64,000 nucleotides of DNA. Origin: an uncultured delta proteobacterium. Lineage in GTDB: Bacteria > Desulfobacterota > Binatia > Binatales > Binataceae. The notes below the pieces were generated by a model that ran no database searches, was not told the origin of the DNA, and saw nothing but the letters and a program-made list of their open reading frames with translations. The stretch covers positions 1,120,001 through 1,184,000 of the forward strand of contig CAVQEQ010000004.1 of assembly GCA_963711565.1 (NCBI GenBank), in the 5' to 3' direction. Of this stretch, positions 18,262 to 28,509 are shown in pieces. Made by a program: the position numbers and the translations under genes. Positions within the stretch are counted from its first letter, which is position 1; every line of letters begins with the position of its first letter.

Positions 18262-18312
18262 GCTACAAATCGGCGCGGTCGTTGCCTTCACTCCGATCCC
18301 ATTGCGCAGCTG

Positions 18313-19281
18313 CTAGCGCAAATCCAGGTGGACGCTCGTCGGCGCGCCGCCGCGATTTACCGTCAGGTCGATCGCTGACGCGGTTTTCACCGCCTGGATC
18401 AGGCCCATCGCCTGCATCGGGTTGGTGACCGGCTGTCCGTCGATCGAGGTCAGCAAGTCTCCGTCCTGCAGGCCGAGTTGTTGAAATACCGATCCCGGCG
18501 CGACCTCGGAGATCGAGAAGCCGTCGGTCTTGCCGTTGACGAAATGCGGCATCGCGCGCATCTGCGAGAAAAATTGCGCGGGATTTTCCATCGTCTGCTG
18601 AACTTCGGCCCGGCTCACTTCGAATTTTCCGGGACCAAGCTTTTTCAGCTCGATTTTACTGCTGTCGTCGCTGTTATCGTTGCCGCGAGCGGGGATATTA
18701 GGACGAAACCCGCGCAGTCCGCGCAGTCGCTCACGCATACCGGCGGCGAATCCCCCCGCCGGTCTATGTACCGCGCCCGCCGGGTTACCCAAGTGCGATG
18801 GCGACGGTTCGGGCATGTCGGCGGACGGAATCTCAATCGCCACCCGATGCCCGCCGCGATCGATGATCGCGCGGCTGGTCTCGACGCTCACCAGCTTGCC
18901 CGCATCCGGGATGTCCTCGCCCACCTGGTAGAGCGATTCTTCGCCGGTTGGATCCTCGATTATCGCATACGGCTTCGACCGGCTCAGGATCGAAGTGCCG
19001 ATCAGCTTGATATTCAGGTCCTCTTCCACGGGAGCCGGGGCGGGCCCGCTCTCCTGCGGCGTCTCGTTGAAGATGTCGCGCTTGACGATCTGATCGTAGT
19101 AGGTGCGCGTCCGTGCCCCGAGCGCGGCCCTCCGCGCCGACGACGACGCGGGCGTGTCGGCTTCATTGGCAACGCTGCGCGCGATAATGTCGCGCACGCA
19201 CATCGCCGACACGATCGCCAGCGCGGCAATCAGCACGAAGTTCAAAATCGTCACGTGAATCTGTGAGAATCTCAGTTGCAT
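18313..19281 (-). CDS. gspC: Type II secretion system protein C with PDZ domain
   Basis: N-terminal TM, R.IF, LIGT....YAIIE....LYQVGE HR domain, C-terminal PDZ (LGLQDGDLLTSIDG). Confidence 0.85.
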   Translation of the reverse strand: MQLRFSQIHVTILNFVLIAALAIVSAMCVRDIIARSVANEADTPASSSARRAALGARTRTYYDQIVKRDIFNETPQESGPAPAPVEEDLNIKLIGTSILSRSKPYAIIEDPTGEESLYQVGEDIPDAGKLVSVETSRAIIDRGGHRVAIEIPSADMPEPSPSHLGNPAGAVHRPAGGFAAGMRERLRGLRGFRPNIPARGNDNSDDSSKIELKKLGPGKFEVSRAEVQQTMENPAQFFSQMRAMPHFVNGKTDGFSISEVAPGSVFQQLGLQDGDLLTSIDGQPVTNPMQAMGLIQAVKTASAIDLTVNRGGAPTSVHLDLR

Positions 19282-20646
19282 CTACAGGATCGGCTCAGCC
19301 CCGTACGCGCACCCTTTAACTAGACGCCCCACGTCGTAGTTCCATTCACCCTTCCAGCGGCTGATGACGAAACTCGCCTGGCTATGGCCGCCGCGCACAA
19401 GGTCCATCAGCCGCAGCAGGTAGATGCTCTCATCCTGGCCGCTGCTGTTCAACGCCCGCTGGCGTTCGAGCCCCTTGGCCGCTATCTGCATCAGCTCGTA
19501 GCCAAGCTCCTGAAGTTTAATTTTTCCCGCTCGTGCGTCAAGCCCGTTCTTATGCGCCGCGTCCGCGATTTCGCGCCGCTCCCGATAGCTCCAGCCCTTG
19601 ACCAGGTCCCACGCCCCCGCGAGGCAATCGTCGTCGTACAGCATCCCCTTCAGCAGAGCCGGCAGCGCGAGCATGAATTGCGGCGGCTGGCTGTCCGCGG
19701 TCCGCACCTCGACGTATTTCTTCAGCCGCACCTCGGTGAAAATCGTCGTCAGGTGATTGGTCCAGTCCTCGACGGTGGCACGCTCGCGGCCGTAACCGCG
19801 CTCCAGATATTGCCGGAACGTCAGCCCCGGCGGCCTGGTCAGGTCGATATATTCATGGTTGCGAATCAGGAAGTACATCGGCACGTCGAGCGCAAACTCG
19901 GCGTAATCCTCGAACGAACAATCGTCGCGCAACACGAACTCCGGCACGCCGCTGCGCTGGTTGTCGGTGTCGGTCCAGATATGCCCGCGGAAGCTGTGAT
20001 ACCCGTTCAGGCCGCCGTCGCTCAGCGGCGAGTTCGCGAATATCGCGTACAGCAGCGGCACGATCCCCATGCTGACCCGCAGCTTGCGCATCGCGTCGCG
20101 CTCGTCGCTGTAGTCGAGGTTGGCCTGCACGCCTGCGGTCTGCTTCATCATGCGCTGGCCGAGCTTCCCGACCCGCGCCATGTACGGGTACATAATGTGG
20201 TAGCGCGCCTTCGGCAGCAGCTCGATCTGGTCGATCCGGCTGACCGGCTGCATCCCGAGTCCAAGCACCGTCGCGCCGATTTGCCCGGTCAACTCGATCA
20301 GTTGATTTACGTGGGTCGCGAACTCGTCGTACGCGCAATGGATACTCTCGCACTGCTCGCCCGACAACTCGATCTGCCCGCCGGGCTCGAGCGTTATCGT
20401 AGAGCGTTCACCCTGCAACGCGAGGACATGGCCGTGCTCCTCTTCGGGCTTGAAGCCGTAGTCGCTGACCATACGATGCAGCAGGTCCTCGACGCCGCCG
20501 GCGCCGGAGTAGGGGATTGCAGTGGCGTCGCCGCTGTGTACGACGACTTTCTCGTACTCGGTGCCGATCCTCCACTGCGCGCGGGGCTTGCCGCCTTCGT
20601 GGAAGTAGCGGATCAGGTCGTCCTTCTTTTCAAGCAACTCACTCAT
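19282..20646 (-). CDS. gshA: Glutamate--cysteine ligase (plant/alphaproteobacterial type)
   Basis: RIGTEYEK, TLEPGGQIELSG, PK.RY, QANLDY, FANSP, IWTDTD..RSG, DVPMYF, HLTTIFTEVRLK.Y.EVR.AD. Confidence 0.92.
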   Translation of the reverse strand: MSELLEKKDDLIRYFHEGGKPRAQWRIGTEYEKVVVHSGDATAIPYSGAGGVEDLLHRMVSDYGFKPEEEHGHVLALQGERSTITLEPGGQIELSGEQCESIHCAYDEFATHVNQLIELTGQIGATVLGLGMQPVSRIDQIELLPKARYHIMYPYMARVGKLGQRMMKQTAGVQANLDYSDERDAMRKLRVSMGIVPLLYAIFANSPLSDGGLNGYHSFRGHIWTDTDNQRSGVPEFVLRDDCSFEDYAEFALDVPMYFLIRNHEYIDLTRPPGLTFRQYLERGYGRERATVEDWTNHLTTIFTEVRLKKYVEVRTADSQPPQFMLALPALLKGMLYDDDCLAGAWDLVKGWSYRERREIADAAHKNGLDARAGKIKLQELGYELMQIAAKGLERQRALNSSGQDESIYLLRLMDLVRGGHSQASFVISRWKGEWNYDVGRLVKGCAYGAEPIL

Positions 20647-20775
20647 GAATCAAATCCAATCGCGACTCCCTGAAAAGAGGGTGGGCAAGCGCGCCTATAA
20701 TGGCCCCGCCCAACATGCGAGGCAAGCACATTCGGAATGAACAAAAAATACATATACTCTCGCACCAAGTGATCG

Positions 20776-22083
20776 ATGGAACTTGAAGATCTTTCCCCGC
20801 GCGACGACACCGCGAGCGTCCCCGAACCGCCACCCGGCGGCGAGGGCCCCGCGATGCAATTCGAAGTCCTCTCCTATTTCGCCATCCTGAATATCGCGAT
20901 CGGATTAGGCTCGCCGCTCGGTATCGCCGCGATTCCACTTTCCTACTTCCTCAAAGACTCCCTCCATCTTTCTCCGGTCCGGCTCGCCGTCTTCCTTGCG
21001 ATCGTTTCGATTCCCGTCTGCGCCGGTTTCGCCTTCGGCTTCATCCGCGACCGATGGCGCAGCGCGCGATGGGGCGATCGCCAATACCTCTTCGCCTGCG
21101 CCGCCGTCGCCACCACTGGGTACGTATGGTTAGCCGCCTCGCCGATCAACTATTCCAAGTTGCTATTGCTCGTAGTCATCATCGTCACCGCTTACGTAAT
21201 GGTCTTCGCTTCGGCCCAGGCTCTTATGACCGGCGTGGCGCAGGCGCATGGGATGACCGGGCGGCTGAGCGTCGTCTTCAGCTTCGGCTTTTTCACTCCC
21301 GCGGTAATCTCGGCGCTGGCCGGCGGATGGCTGGTCGCGCATGCGTCCGTGCGCGGTACGTTTCTCATCGCGGGCGGTGTCACGATTATCATCGCGATAC
21401 AGGCCTTCTGGCGCCTCGAGGCCGCCGACGAATTCGAAAGCTCAAGCGTTCTCGTGCCCTATGAGAAAGGCTTCGCTGCCATGCGCCGCCTGTTCCACCA
21501 TCGCCCCCTATGGCCGGCCGCCGCCATCTACTTCCTGTGGAACTTCAGTCCGGGATGGGGCACGCCGATGTTCTATCACCTGACGGAGCACGTCCGGATT
21601 TCGAGCGAACTGTTCGGCACCTTCACCGCGCTGCAGTCGTTGTTCTTCTTGCCTACGAGTTTGCTGTACGGCTACCTATGCGTACGCGCGCCGCTATCGC
21701 GCCTGCTCTGGTGGGGAACGATAGTCGCAATCCTGCAAGCCCCGATCATGTTCCTCGCGATGGGACCGACGAGCACCATCATAGTCGCAATCCTGTACGG
21801 CCTATTCGGCGGCTTCGCCACCGCCGCCTACATCGATCTCATCATGCGTTCATGTCCCAAGGGCTTGGAAGGAACCGCGATGATGGTGGCGAACACCTCG
21901 ATGTTCGCGATCGCCGGCAACGCCGGCAACTTGCTCGGAAGCTGGATCTATTCCAGCGGCGGCTTCGCCTCGGCCGTAATCATCACAACCCTGGCAACCG
22001 CCCTGATAGTCCCGCTGCTGGCAGCAATCCCGCCCGCACTAATATCCACCCGCGACGGCGAACGCCTCGAGTCTGACGCCTAG
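20776..22083 (+). CDS. MFS transporter (BT1/folate-biopterin transporter-like)
   Basis: About 12 hydrophobic segments, G...D motif, CPKGLEGT motif. Confidence 0.8.
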   Translation: MELEDLSPRDDTASVPEPPPGGEGPAMQFEVLSYFAILNIAIGLGSPLGIAAIPLSYFLKDSLHLSPVRLAVFLAIVSIPVCAGFAFGFIRDRWRSARWGDRQYLFACAAVATTGYVWLAASPINYSKLLLLVVIIVTAYVMVFASAQALMTGVAQAHGMTGRLSVVFSFGFFTPAVISALAGGWLVAHASVRGTFLIAGGVTIIIAIQAFWRLEAADEFESSSVLVPYEKGFAAMRRLFHHRPLWPAAAIYFLWNFSPGWGTPMFYHLTEHVRISSELFGTFTALQSLFFLPTSLLYGYLCVRAPLSRLLWWGTIVAILQAPIMFLAMGPTSTIIVAILYGLFGGFATAAYIDLIMRSCPKGLEGTAMMVANTSMFAIAGNAGNLLGSWIYSSGGFASAVIITTLATALIVPLLAAIPPALISTRDGERLESDA

Positions 22084-22223
22084 CTCAATCGTCGCGCAAA
22101 CCTTCCGCTTCTTCCCCTGTCAGATAGAGGGAGGTAATTCAGGAACGTGAAGGCCCGCGGCGATGAGAACGCAAAGCCGAACATATTCGAAATATTCGCG
22201 TTTCGTTCTCCTGAACCAAAGAA

Positions 22224-22239
22224 CGTTTCACGTGAAACA
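22224..22239. promoter_or_regulatory. parS centromere-like site
   Basis: CGTTTCACGTGAAACA, 15/16 match to the consensus TGTTTCACGTGAAACA, in an AT-rich intergenic region. Confidence 0.8.
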
Positions 22240-22336
22240 TTTTCGCTTTATACCGCAACATCTAAGCGCCATTTTTTCCAAAACAGGCGAAAACTCCACG
22301 CCATTTGGTTGCTGCATAAAAGGAACCTGAGAGCGA

Positions 22337-22440
22337 AATGGCGTCCTCGACATTTCGCGCTTAGCCTTTCTTCCTCACTGGGTGCAGGGGTCACCCCTGC
22401 CCAAGGAGGTGCGGAACCCACGGCGGGTTCCGCATTCAAT
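22337..22440 (+). repeat. Repeat family B copy
   Basis: AAATGGCGTCCTCGACATTTCGCG..CTGGGTGCAGGGGTCACCCCTGCCCAAGGA..AACCCACGGCGGGTT..CATTCAAT; matches 44876-44969. Confidence 0.85.
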
Positions 22441-22495
22441 CTCCGCTCGACTTCGCGTAAAAACGTGCCACACTCGCGCGCGGGAGAATTTCGTG

Positions 22496-23998
<1,503 letters not shown>

Positions 23999-24016
23999 AC
24001 AGAAGGACAAGAAGCA

Positions 24017-24655
24017 ATGCCTGAAAACGGAAAACCCTACGTCACCGCTCTCTACCCCGAACAGGACGATCAGGCCGCCGACTCGCTCGGCCGCGCGTTC
24101 ATCAACGACCCGACCTTCAAGGCGATAATTCCGGATCTCACCGACCCGGTCGAGCGTGCCAAACATCTGGCGGACCTGTTTCGCGGTATGCTCGCGATCG
24201 AGCGCCGCTCGGGACAGCCGGTGTTCGGCGTGATCGACGACAACGGCCGCGTCGTTGCAGCCGCGATGACCGAGGGCGTTGGGCATCCAGGCGCGCTCGG
24301 CATGGTCACCACCGGCCTTGGTCAGATGCCGCGGATGATGCGCGCGATCGGATTGGGCGGTCTATGGCGCGGGCTGAATCTGGTGAGCGTGCTGGCCGCC
24401 AATCATCCAAAGGAGCCGCATCTGTACTTGCAGGTGCTCGGCTGCGATCCGCCGTTCCAGGGCAAGGGTTACGGCAAGGCGCTGGTGGATCACCTCGCGC
24501 TCGAGGCCAAAGCGCGACCCGAAATCGCGGGCGTGTATCTCGAGACGATGACCGAAGCCAACGTCGCGTTCTACAGTTCGAGGGGCTACGAAATCGTGGG
24601 AGAGCTATACCCGATAGGCGTCCGGACGTGGCGAATGTACCAGCGCAAACGGTAA
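24017..24655 (+). CDS. GNAT family N-acetyltransferase
   Basis: HLYLQVLGCDPPFQGKGYG, YLET...NVAFY...GY. Confidence 0.88.
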   Translation: MPENGKPYVTALYPEQDDQAADSLGRAFINDPTFKAIIPDLTDPVERAKHLADLFRGMLAIERRSGQPVFGVIDDNGRVVAAAMTEGVGHPGALGMVTTGLGQMPRMMRAIGLGGLWRGLNLVSVLAANHPKEPHLYLQVLGCDPPFQGKGYGKALVDHLALEAKARPEIAGVYLETMTEANVAFYSSRGYEIVGELYPIGVRTWRMYQRKR

Positions 24656-24677
24656 GAAGGGGCAGGGGGAACGAATC

Positions 24678-24738
24678 GAATGTGAAACCCGCGGTGGGTT
24701 TCACGCTTCCTTCGGCAGGGCTGAGCCCTGCACCCAGT
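24678..24738 (-). repeat. Repeat family B copy
   Basis: Reverse complement of CTGGGTGCAGGGCTCAGCCCTGCC..GAAGCGTGAAACCCACCGCGGGTTTCACATTC. Confidence 0.85.
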
Positions 24739-24778
24739 GATAAGAAAGTCGGATGCGCGGCGCGTTCCTACGATCCGA

Positions 24779-24813
24779 TTCCCCTTCCCGTTCGGGAAGG
24801 GGTTAGGGGTTAG
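24779..24813 (+). repeat. Family A short unit (CCCCTTCCC..GGGAAGGGGTTAGGGGTTAGG)
   Basis: Same hairpin and GGGGTTA tail as 9470-9514 and 56580-56614. Confidence 0.8.
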
Positions 24814-24858
24814 GTTGGACGCATCCAGCACCACCGGCTGTGTCGAGATCTCTTCTCG

Positions 24859-25137
24859 TCACCCCGCGGCGTCGCGCGGGTGGATGGTGGTGACGCGGAG
24901 GCCTTTGGAAGTCCAGCCAACGTCGAAGCCGACGATATCGCCTTCGCGTATCAGATCGATTCCTGGCATCGTGCCGCCGAGTCGCGCTCCGGCGACGGCT
25001 ACGAACGGAAACTCGAACGGAATCTCCTTGCCGCTATGCGAGCGCACGATGCCCCGGCCGCGCGCGCGGTCGAGCTTGAGTATCATCCCCTGGTAGAAAT
25101 TTCCCGGAAAGCGCTCGCCGTCGTATTCGTCAGCCAC
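24859..25137 (-). CDS. Small cold-shock-like OB-fold protein
   Basis: YQG.I.KL...RGRG.V, IPF, EGD.V.FDV resembles the CSD layout; start (GTG 25137) uncertain. Confidence 0.6.
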   Translation of the reverse strand: MADEYDGERFPGNFYQGMILKLDRARGRGIVRSHSGKEIPFEFPFVAVAGARLGGTMPGIDLIREGDIVGFDVGWTSKGLRVTTIHPRDAAG

Positions 25138-25184
25138 GATCCTAGGGAGTAGCATCCCGCGACGGCGCGGAAAAGCCGCCCATG

Positions 25185-25216
25185 AAAAAGCCGGCGATGA
25201 CTGTCTCATCGCCGGC
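25185..25216 (-). terminator. Intrinsic terminator
   Basis: GCCGGCGATGA/TCATCGCCGGC stem with a T5 tail on the minus strand, downstream of 25249-25896. Confidence 0.75.
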
Positions 25217-25248
25217 CCGATTTGCGCATCGATTCGCGCGCGAAAAGC

Positions 25249-25896
25249 TCAGCCACCCAATTTGTAATCGATCACTTTGCTCCAGGATTCCACCATCACC
25301 TTTCCAGCCCAGGTCTTCTTGGTCTCTTCCTTGACCAGGCCGCCCGGGACGTCATCCGACAGCCAATCTTTCGAGGTGGACAGCTCGCGGCCGTTCTGGA
25401 TTGAAGTCTCGACCCAATGCGTCTTGATCTTGTTGCCCATCACGGTCACGTCTTCGTCGCCTTCAGTCTCCTTGACGGTTGGCTGCTTCGCCGGCTTCTC
25501 GTACAGCGAGTCGCTCGCATTGCTGATCTCGCCGTTGGCGAACAGCGTCACCTTGTCAGCCGGCATCTCGGTCTCGCTGCCGTCGCCAAGATCGATCCTG
25601 GTCTCCTCGAGGATGGCCTTGTCCTTATTGAGATCGACCAGCTTGCTGTTGATGCGCATGACGTCGGCGGAGGGCGGATGCGCCATCGCGGCGACGACGC
25701 CGACGCTGGCATCGCGATGCTCGAGTACTTTGCGCTCAAGAGTTACGTAGGTGCCGACTTTGAATCGGGCCCATTGCGCGTACTCCGGATTGGCGGGTTC
25801 CGGAGGATGTGAATCGTCAGCGGCCATCAGGAAGAGACTTCCGCTGAGAAGAATGGAGCCCAGGATTGCCGCGGAAAGTGTCGGCCGGAACCTCAT
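25249..25896 (-). CDS. Hypothetical exported protein
   Basis: Signal peptide; NPEY..WARFKVGT and W.SDDVPGGLVK motifs; AGGAGG RBS. Confidence 0.75.
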   Translation of the reverse strand: MRFRPTLSAAILGSILLSGSLFLMAADDSHPPEPANPEYAQWARFKVGTYVTLERKVLEHRDASVGVVAAMAHPPSADVMRINSKLVDLNKDKAILEETRIDLGDGSETEMPADKVTLFANGEISNASDSLYEKPAKQPTVKETEGDEDVTVMGNKIKTHWVETSIQNGRELSTSKDWLSDDVPGGLVKEETKKTWAGKVMVESWSKVIDYKLGG

Positions 25897-26143
25897 GGTG
25901 AGACCTCCTGAAGTGACGAAGGTGGAAAGCCGCTAGAGCTACAGTCGCACTATGGGAAAATCCTACTGAAAGAAAATTGTCGCTGTCAACCGTAACCTGC
26001 TGGCGTAGCGCGCGTAATCTTAGAAGAGAGTCAGCGTCTCGGTTGACAATGGACTTAAGGAATCGTTAGATCGAAATACTGAGCGAAGGATTTCTACGAC
26101 CAGCTGACACAACCGGGATTGAGTTCCCTGCAAGGAGGAACCG

Positions 26144-26470
26144 GTGGAATCCGATAAGCCCGCCATCCACAACAAGCTTAAAGACCGCCTTCGCACCATC
26201 GTCGGCACAAGCGCCAGCACAATCGTGCTCGCGACGACGATACTGAATGTGATCCCCGCAGACGCCAATGTCGCCGACGCGAATCCCGCCGGCACCCTCC
26301 AGCAACGCGTCGAGGGAGTGCGCCCCCAGGTTCAGGACGCGAACGCCAACCTGCAACAGCGGGGCGACTCGAACATCCAGCTGGCGTGGTGGCGCAATTG
26401 GCGCAACGGCGGATGGCGCGGATGGGGTTGGCCGAACTGGCACAACTGGCGCAACTGGGGCAATTGGTAA
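26144..26470 (+). CDS. grrA: GrrA/OscA-type triceptide (cyclophane RiPP) precursor
   Basis: AGGAGG RBS plus GTG; hydrophobic leader, L..RV..VR motif; core WWRNWRNGGWRGWGWPNWHNWRNWGNW; adjacent radical SAM gene. Confidence 0.88.
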   Translation: MESDKPAIHNKLKDRLRTIVGTSASTIVLATTILNVIPADANVADANPAGTLQQRVEGVRPQVQDANANLQQRGDSNIQLAWWRNWRNGGWRGWGWPNWHNWRNWGNW

Positions 26471-26508
26471 ATCCGTAAGCCGCGCCTCGACGCTCGCGGC
26501 ATCGAGTC

Positions 26509-27687
26509 GTGTTCAAGATGGCTGCCGGCAATAGATGGCGAATCGCCGGGCCGCTCGAGCTTCTCGTCCTGCAGCCGACTCCGTTCTGCAATCTGGATTG
26601 CTCTTATTGCTATCTTCCCGATCGCGACTCGAAGCGCCGGATGTCGGACGCGACGTTGAATCGCGTTTTTCAATTCGTCTTTGCAAGCGGAATAGTTGAG
26701 CAGGGCTTCACCGTGGTGTGGCACGCGGGCGAGCCGATGGTGCTGCCGGTGTCGTACTACGAACGCGCGATTGAAATTGCGGCCGCGCATAATCCCGGCG
26801 GCTTGCAGGTTCGGCATTCGTTCCAGACCAATGGCGTGCTGATCGACGACGGGTGGTGCGATTTTTTCAAAGCGCATCAGGTGAACGTCGGCGTCAGCAT
26901 TGACGGACCGGCGTTTCTTCACGATCGCAATAGAAAAACGCGCAAGGGCGCCGCGACTCAGCATCGCGTGATGGAAGGCATCCGAAAGCTGCGGAGCAAC
27001 GAGCTGCCCTTCCACGTGATCTCCGTGCTCACGGGAGAATCACTCGACTACGCCGACGAACTGTACGATTTCTATATCGAGAACGGGATCCGGGAGGTCG
27101 CGTTCAATATCGAGGAGATCGAAGGGCCGCACGCCGCATCGACGCTCGGCGGCGCGGGCGTCGAGAATCGATTCCGGCGGTTCATCGGAAGATTTTTCGA
27201 TCTGGTCGCGCGCGACGAGTTGGCGTTGAGCGTGCGCGAGTTCGACTCGATGGTGCCGATGATTCTAGGCGGTAACGCGAATGAAAATAACTTTCCGCCG
27301 ACCCAGGAAAACTCGCCATGCGCGATATTGAGCGTGGACTGCGAAGGCAACTTCACTACCTACTCGCCGGAACTGCTCGGCCTCAAGAGTAGTCACTACG
27401 GCGATTTCGCGATAGGCAATGTGAATATCGACACGCTCGCGTCGGCGATGAACGGTGAGAAGTTTCGTCGAATGAGTAGTGATATCGCGCGTGGACTGAG
27501 TAAGTGCCGCGATACATGTGAGTATTACAGTTTGTGCGGAGGCGGCGCACCGGTGAATAAGTACTTCGAGAATGGATCGTTCGACTCGACCGAGACCATG
27601 TTTTGCCGCTTGAATCGCAAAGTAATCGTCGATGTGATCGTCGCGAAGCTGCAACACCCGATTGGCGTTGCGACGGACGCCGCCTGA
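26509..27687 (+). CDS. grrM: Cyclophane-forming radical SAM/SPASM maturase (GrrM/OscB family)
   Basis: LQPTPFCNLDCSYCYLP, WHAGEP, QTNG, SIDGP, FNIEEIEG, T.SPELL, C..C.Y..LCGGG.PVNKYFENG....TET.FC. Confidence 0.92.
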   Translation: MFKMAAGNRWRIAGPLELLVLQPTPFCNLDCSYCYLPDRDSKRRMSDATLNRVFQFVFASGIVEQGFTVVWHAGEPMVLPVSYYERAIEIAAAHNPGGLQVRHSFQTNGVLIDDGWCDFFKAHQVNVGVSIDGPAFLHDRNRKTRKGAATQHRVMEGIRKLRSNELPFHVISVLTGESLDYADELYDFYIENGIREVAFNIEEIEGPHAASTLGGAGVENRFRRFIGRFFDLVARDELALSVREFDSMVPMILGGNANENNFPPTQENSPCAILSVDCEGNFTTYSPELLGLKSSHYGDFAIGNVNIDTLASAMNGEKFRRMSSDIARGLSKCRDTCEYYSLCGGGAPVNKYFENGSFDSTETMFCRLNRKVIVDVIVAKLQHPIGVATDAA

Positions 27688-28258
27688 CGCGAAGTTCTGT
27701 GAAAATCCGCAACGCGCCGCGGTACCAGGGCCGGCTTCGCTGGCGGATCGTGTGCAGGTGCGAGATTCGACAGGATGGCGGGCAGCCAGCGCGGACGAGT
27801 TGGGGGCTATCTGCGCCGACGACGGCGACGTGTCGGTGATCGGCATACCGCGGCATTTGCTGGAGCGATGGTGGAAGCTCGCTGAAGCGGACCATATAAC
27901 TAAAGGGTTTGATGGCTATGGCCGCGAGATAGCCGAGTATTTCGTCTACAAAAACTGGCGCTTGACGGCTCCTGTCTTGATGGAGGTGGTGGCTGCCGGT
28001 GGTAAGCGCGATAAAGCTCTGATGCCCAGTCACCCGATGCGATTCGCCACCGGCGTCGGCACGCTGAGCGCGTGCATCAACCTTGGCGGCGAGAATGCCG
28101 CGATCGCGCTCAAGGCGGATTCTCGGCGGGTCCGGATAATACTCGAGCCCGGGGAGGGCTTGCTGATGCCGGCGGACGGCGTCCTCTTTAATCGATCGGC
28201 GCTCGGCGGAGCGGAACTGGCCGTCACGCTGTTGATCGGTTCGCTTGGGACTGAGTAA
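27662..28258 (+). CDS. Hypothetical protein downstream of grrM (possible cupin/DSBH-like fold); start uncertain (GTG 27752 plausible)
   Basis: Same strand and abutting grrM; INLG....VRIILEPGEG..P motif. Confidence 0.55.
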   Translation: MALRRTPPDAKFCENPQRAAVPGPASLADRVQVRDSTGWRAASADELGAICADDGDVSVIGIPRHLLERWWKLAEADHITKGFDGYGREIAEYFVYKNWRLTAPVLMEVVAAGGKRDKALMPSHPMRFATGVGTLSACINLGGENAAIALKADSRRVRIILEPGEGLLMPADGVLFNRSALGGAELAVTLLIGSLGTE

Positions 28259-28291
28259 TTGACTGACTAGTGTGGCGTCGCATAAATGACT

Positions 28292-28505
28292 TGAAGAACA
28301 AAGCCTAACCCCTAACCCCTAACCCCTTCCCCAGAGAGAATGGGGAAGGGGAACAGAAAAATCCTTGAGGAATGCCCGCGTGCTTGCCGCCGTCCTATCC
28401 CCCTAGCCCCCTTTCCGGGCCGGAAAGGGGGAACCGGAATGCCGGCGTGCTTGCAGCCATCCTATCCCCCTGGCCCCCTTTCCGAGCCGGAAAGGGGGAA
28501 TCGGA
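28292..28505 (-). repeat. Composite REP-like module A, inverted copy of 9333-9526
   Basis: Reverse complement reproduces two palindromic units and GGATTTTTCTGTTCCCCTTCCCCATTCT..GGGGAAGGGGTTAGGGGTTAGGGGTTAGGCTTTGTTCTTCA. Confidence 0.9.
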
Positions 28506-28509
28506 ATTG

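Noticed and set aside
18055-18378. 107-aa plus-strand ORF as a protein partner (type II antitoxin) of the YjaZ-like gene
   Set aside because: No recognisable motifs. It runs across stacked hairpins and into the end of gspC; the minus-strand promoter and terminator explain the region better.
26043-26071. Sigma70 promoter for grrA (TTGACA at 26043)
   Set aside because: The -35 is perfect but no credible -10 lies at 16-18 nt, so it was not called.
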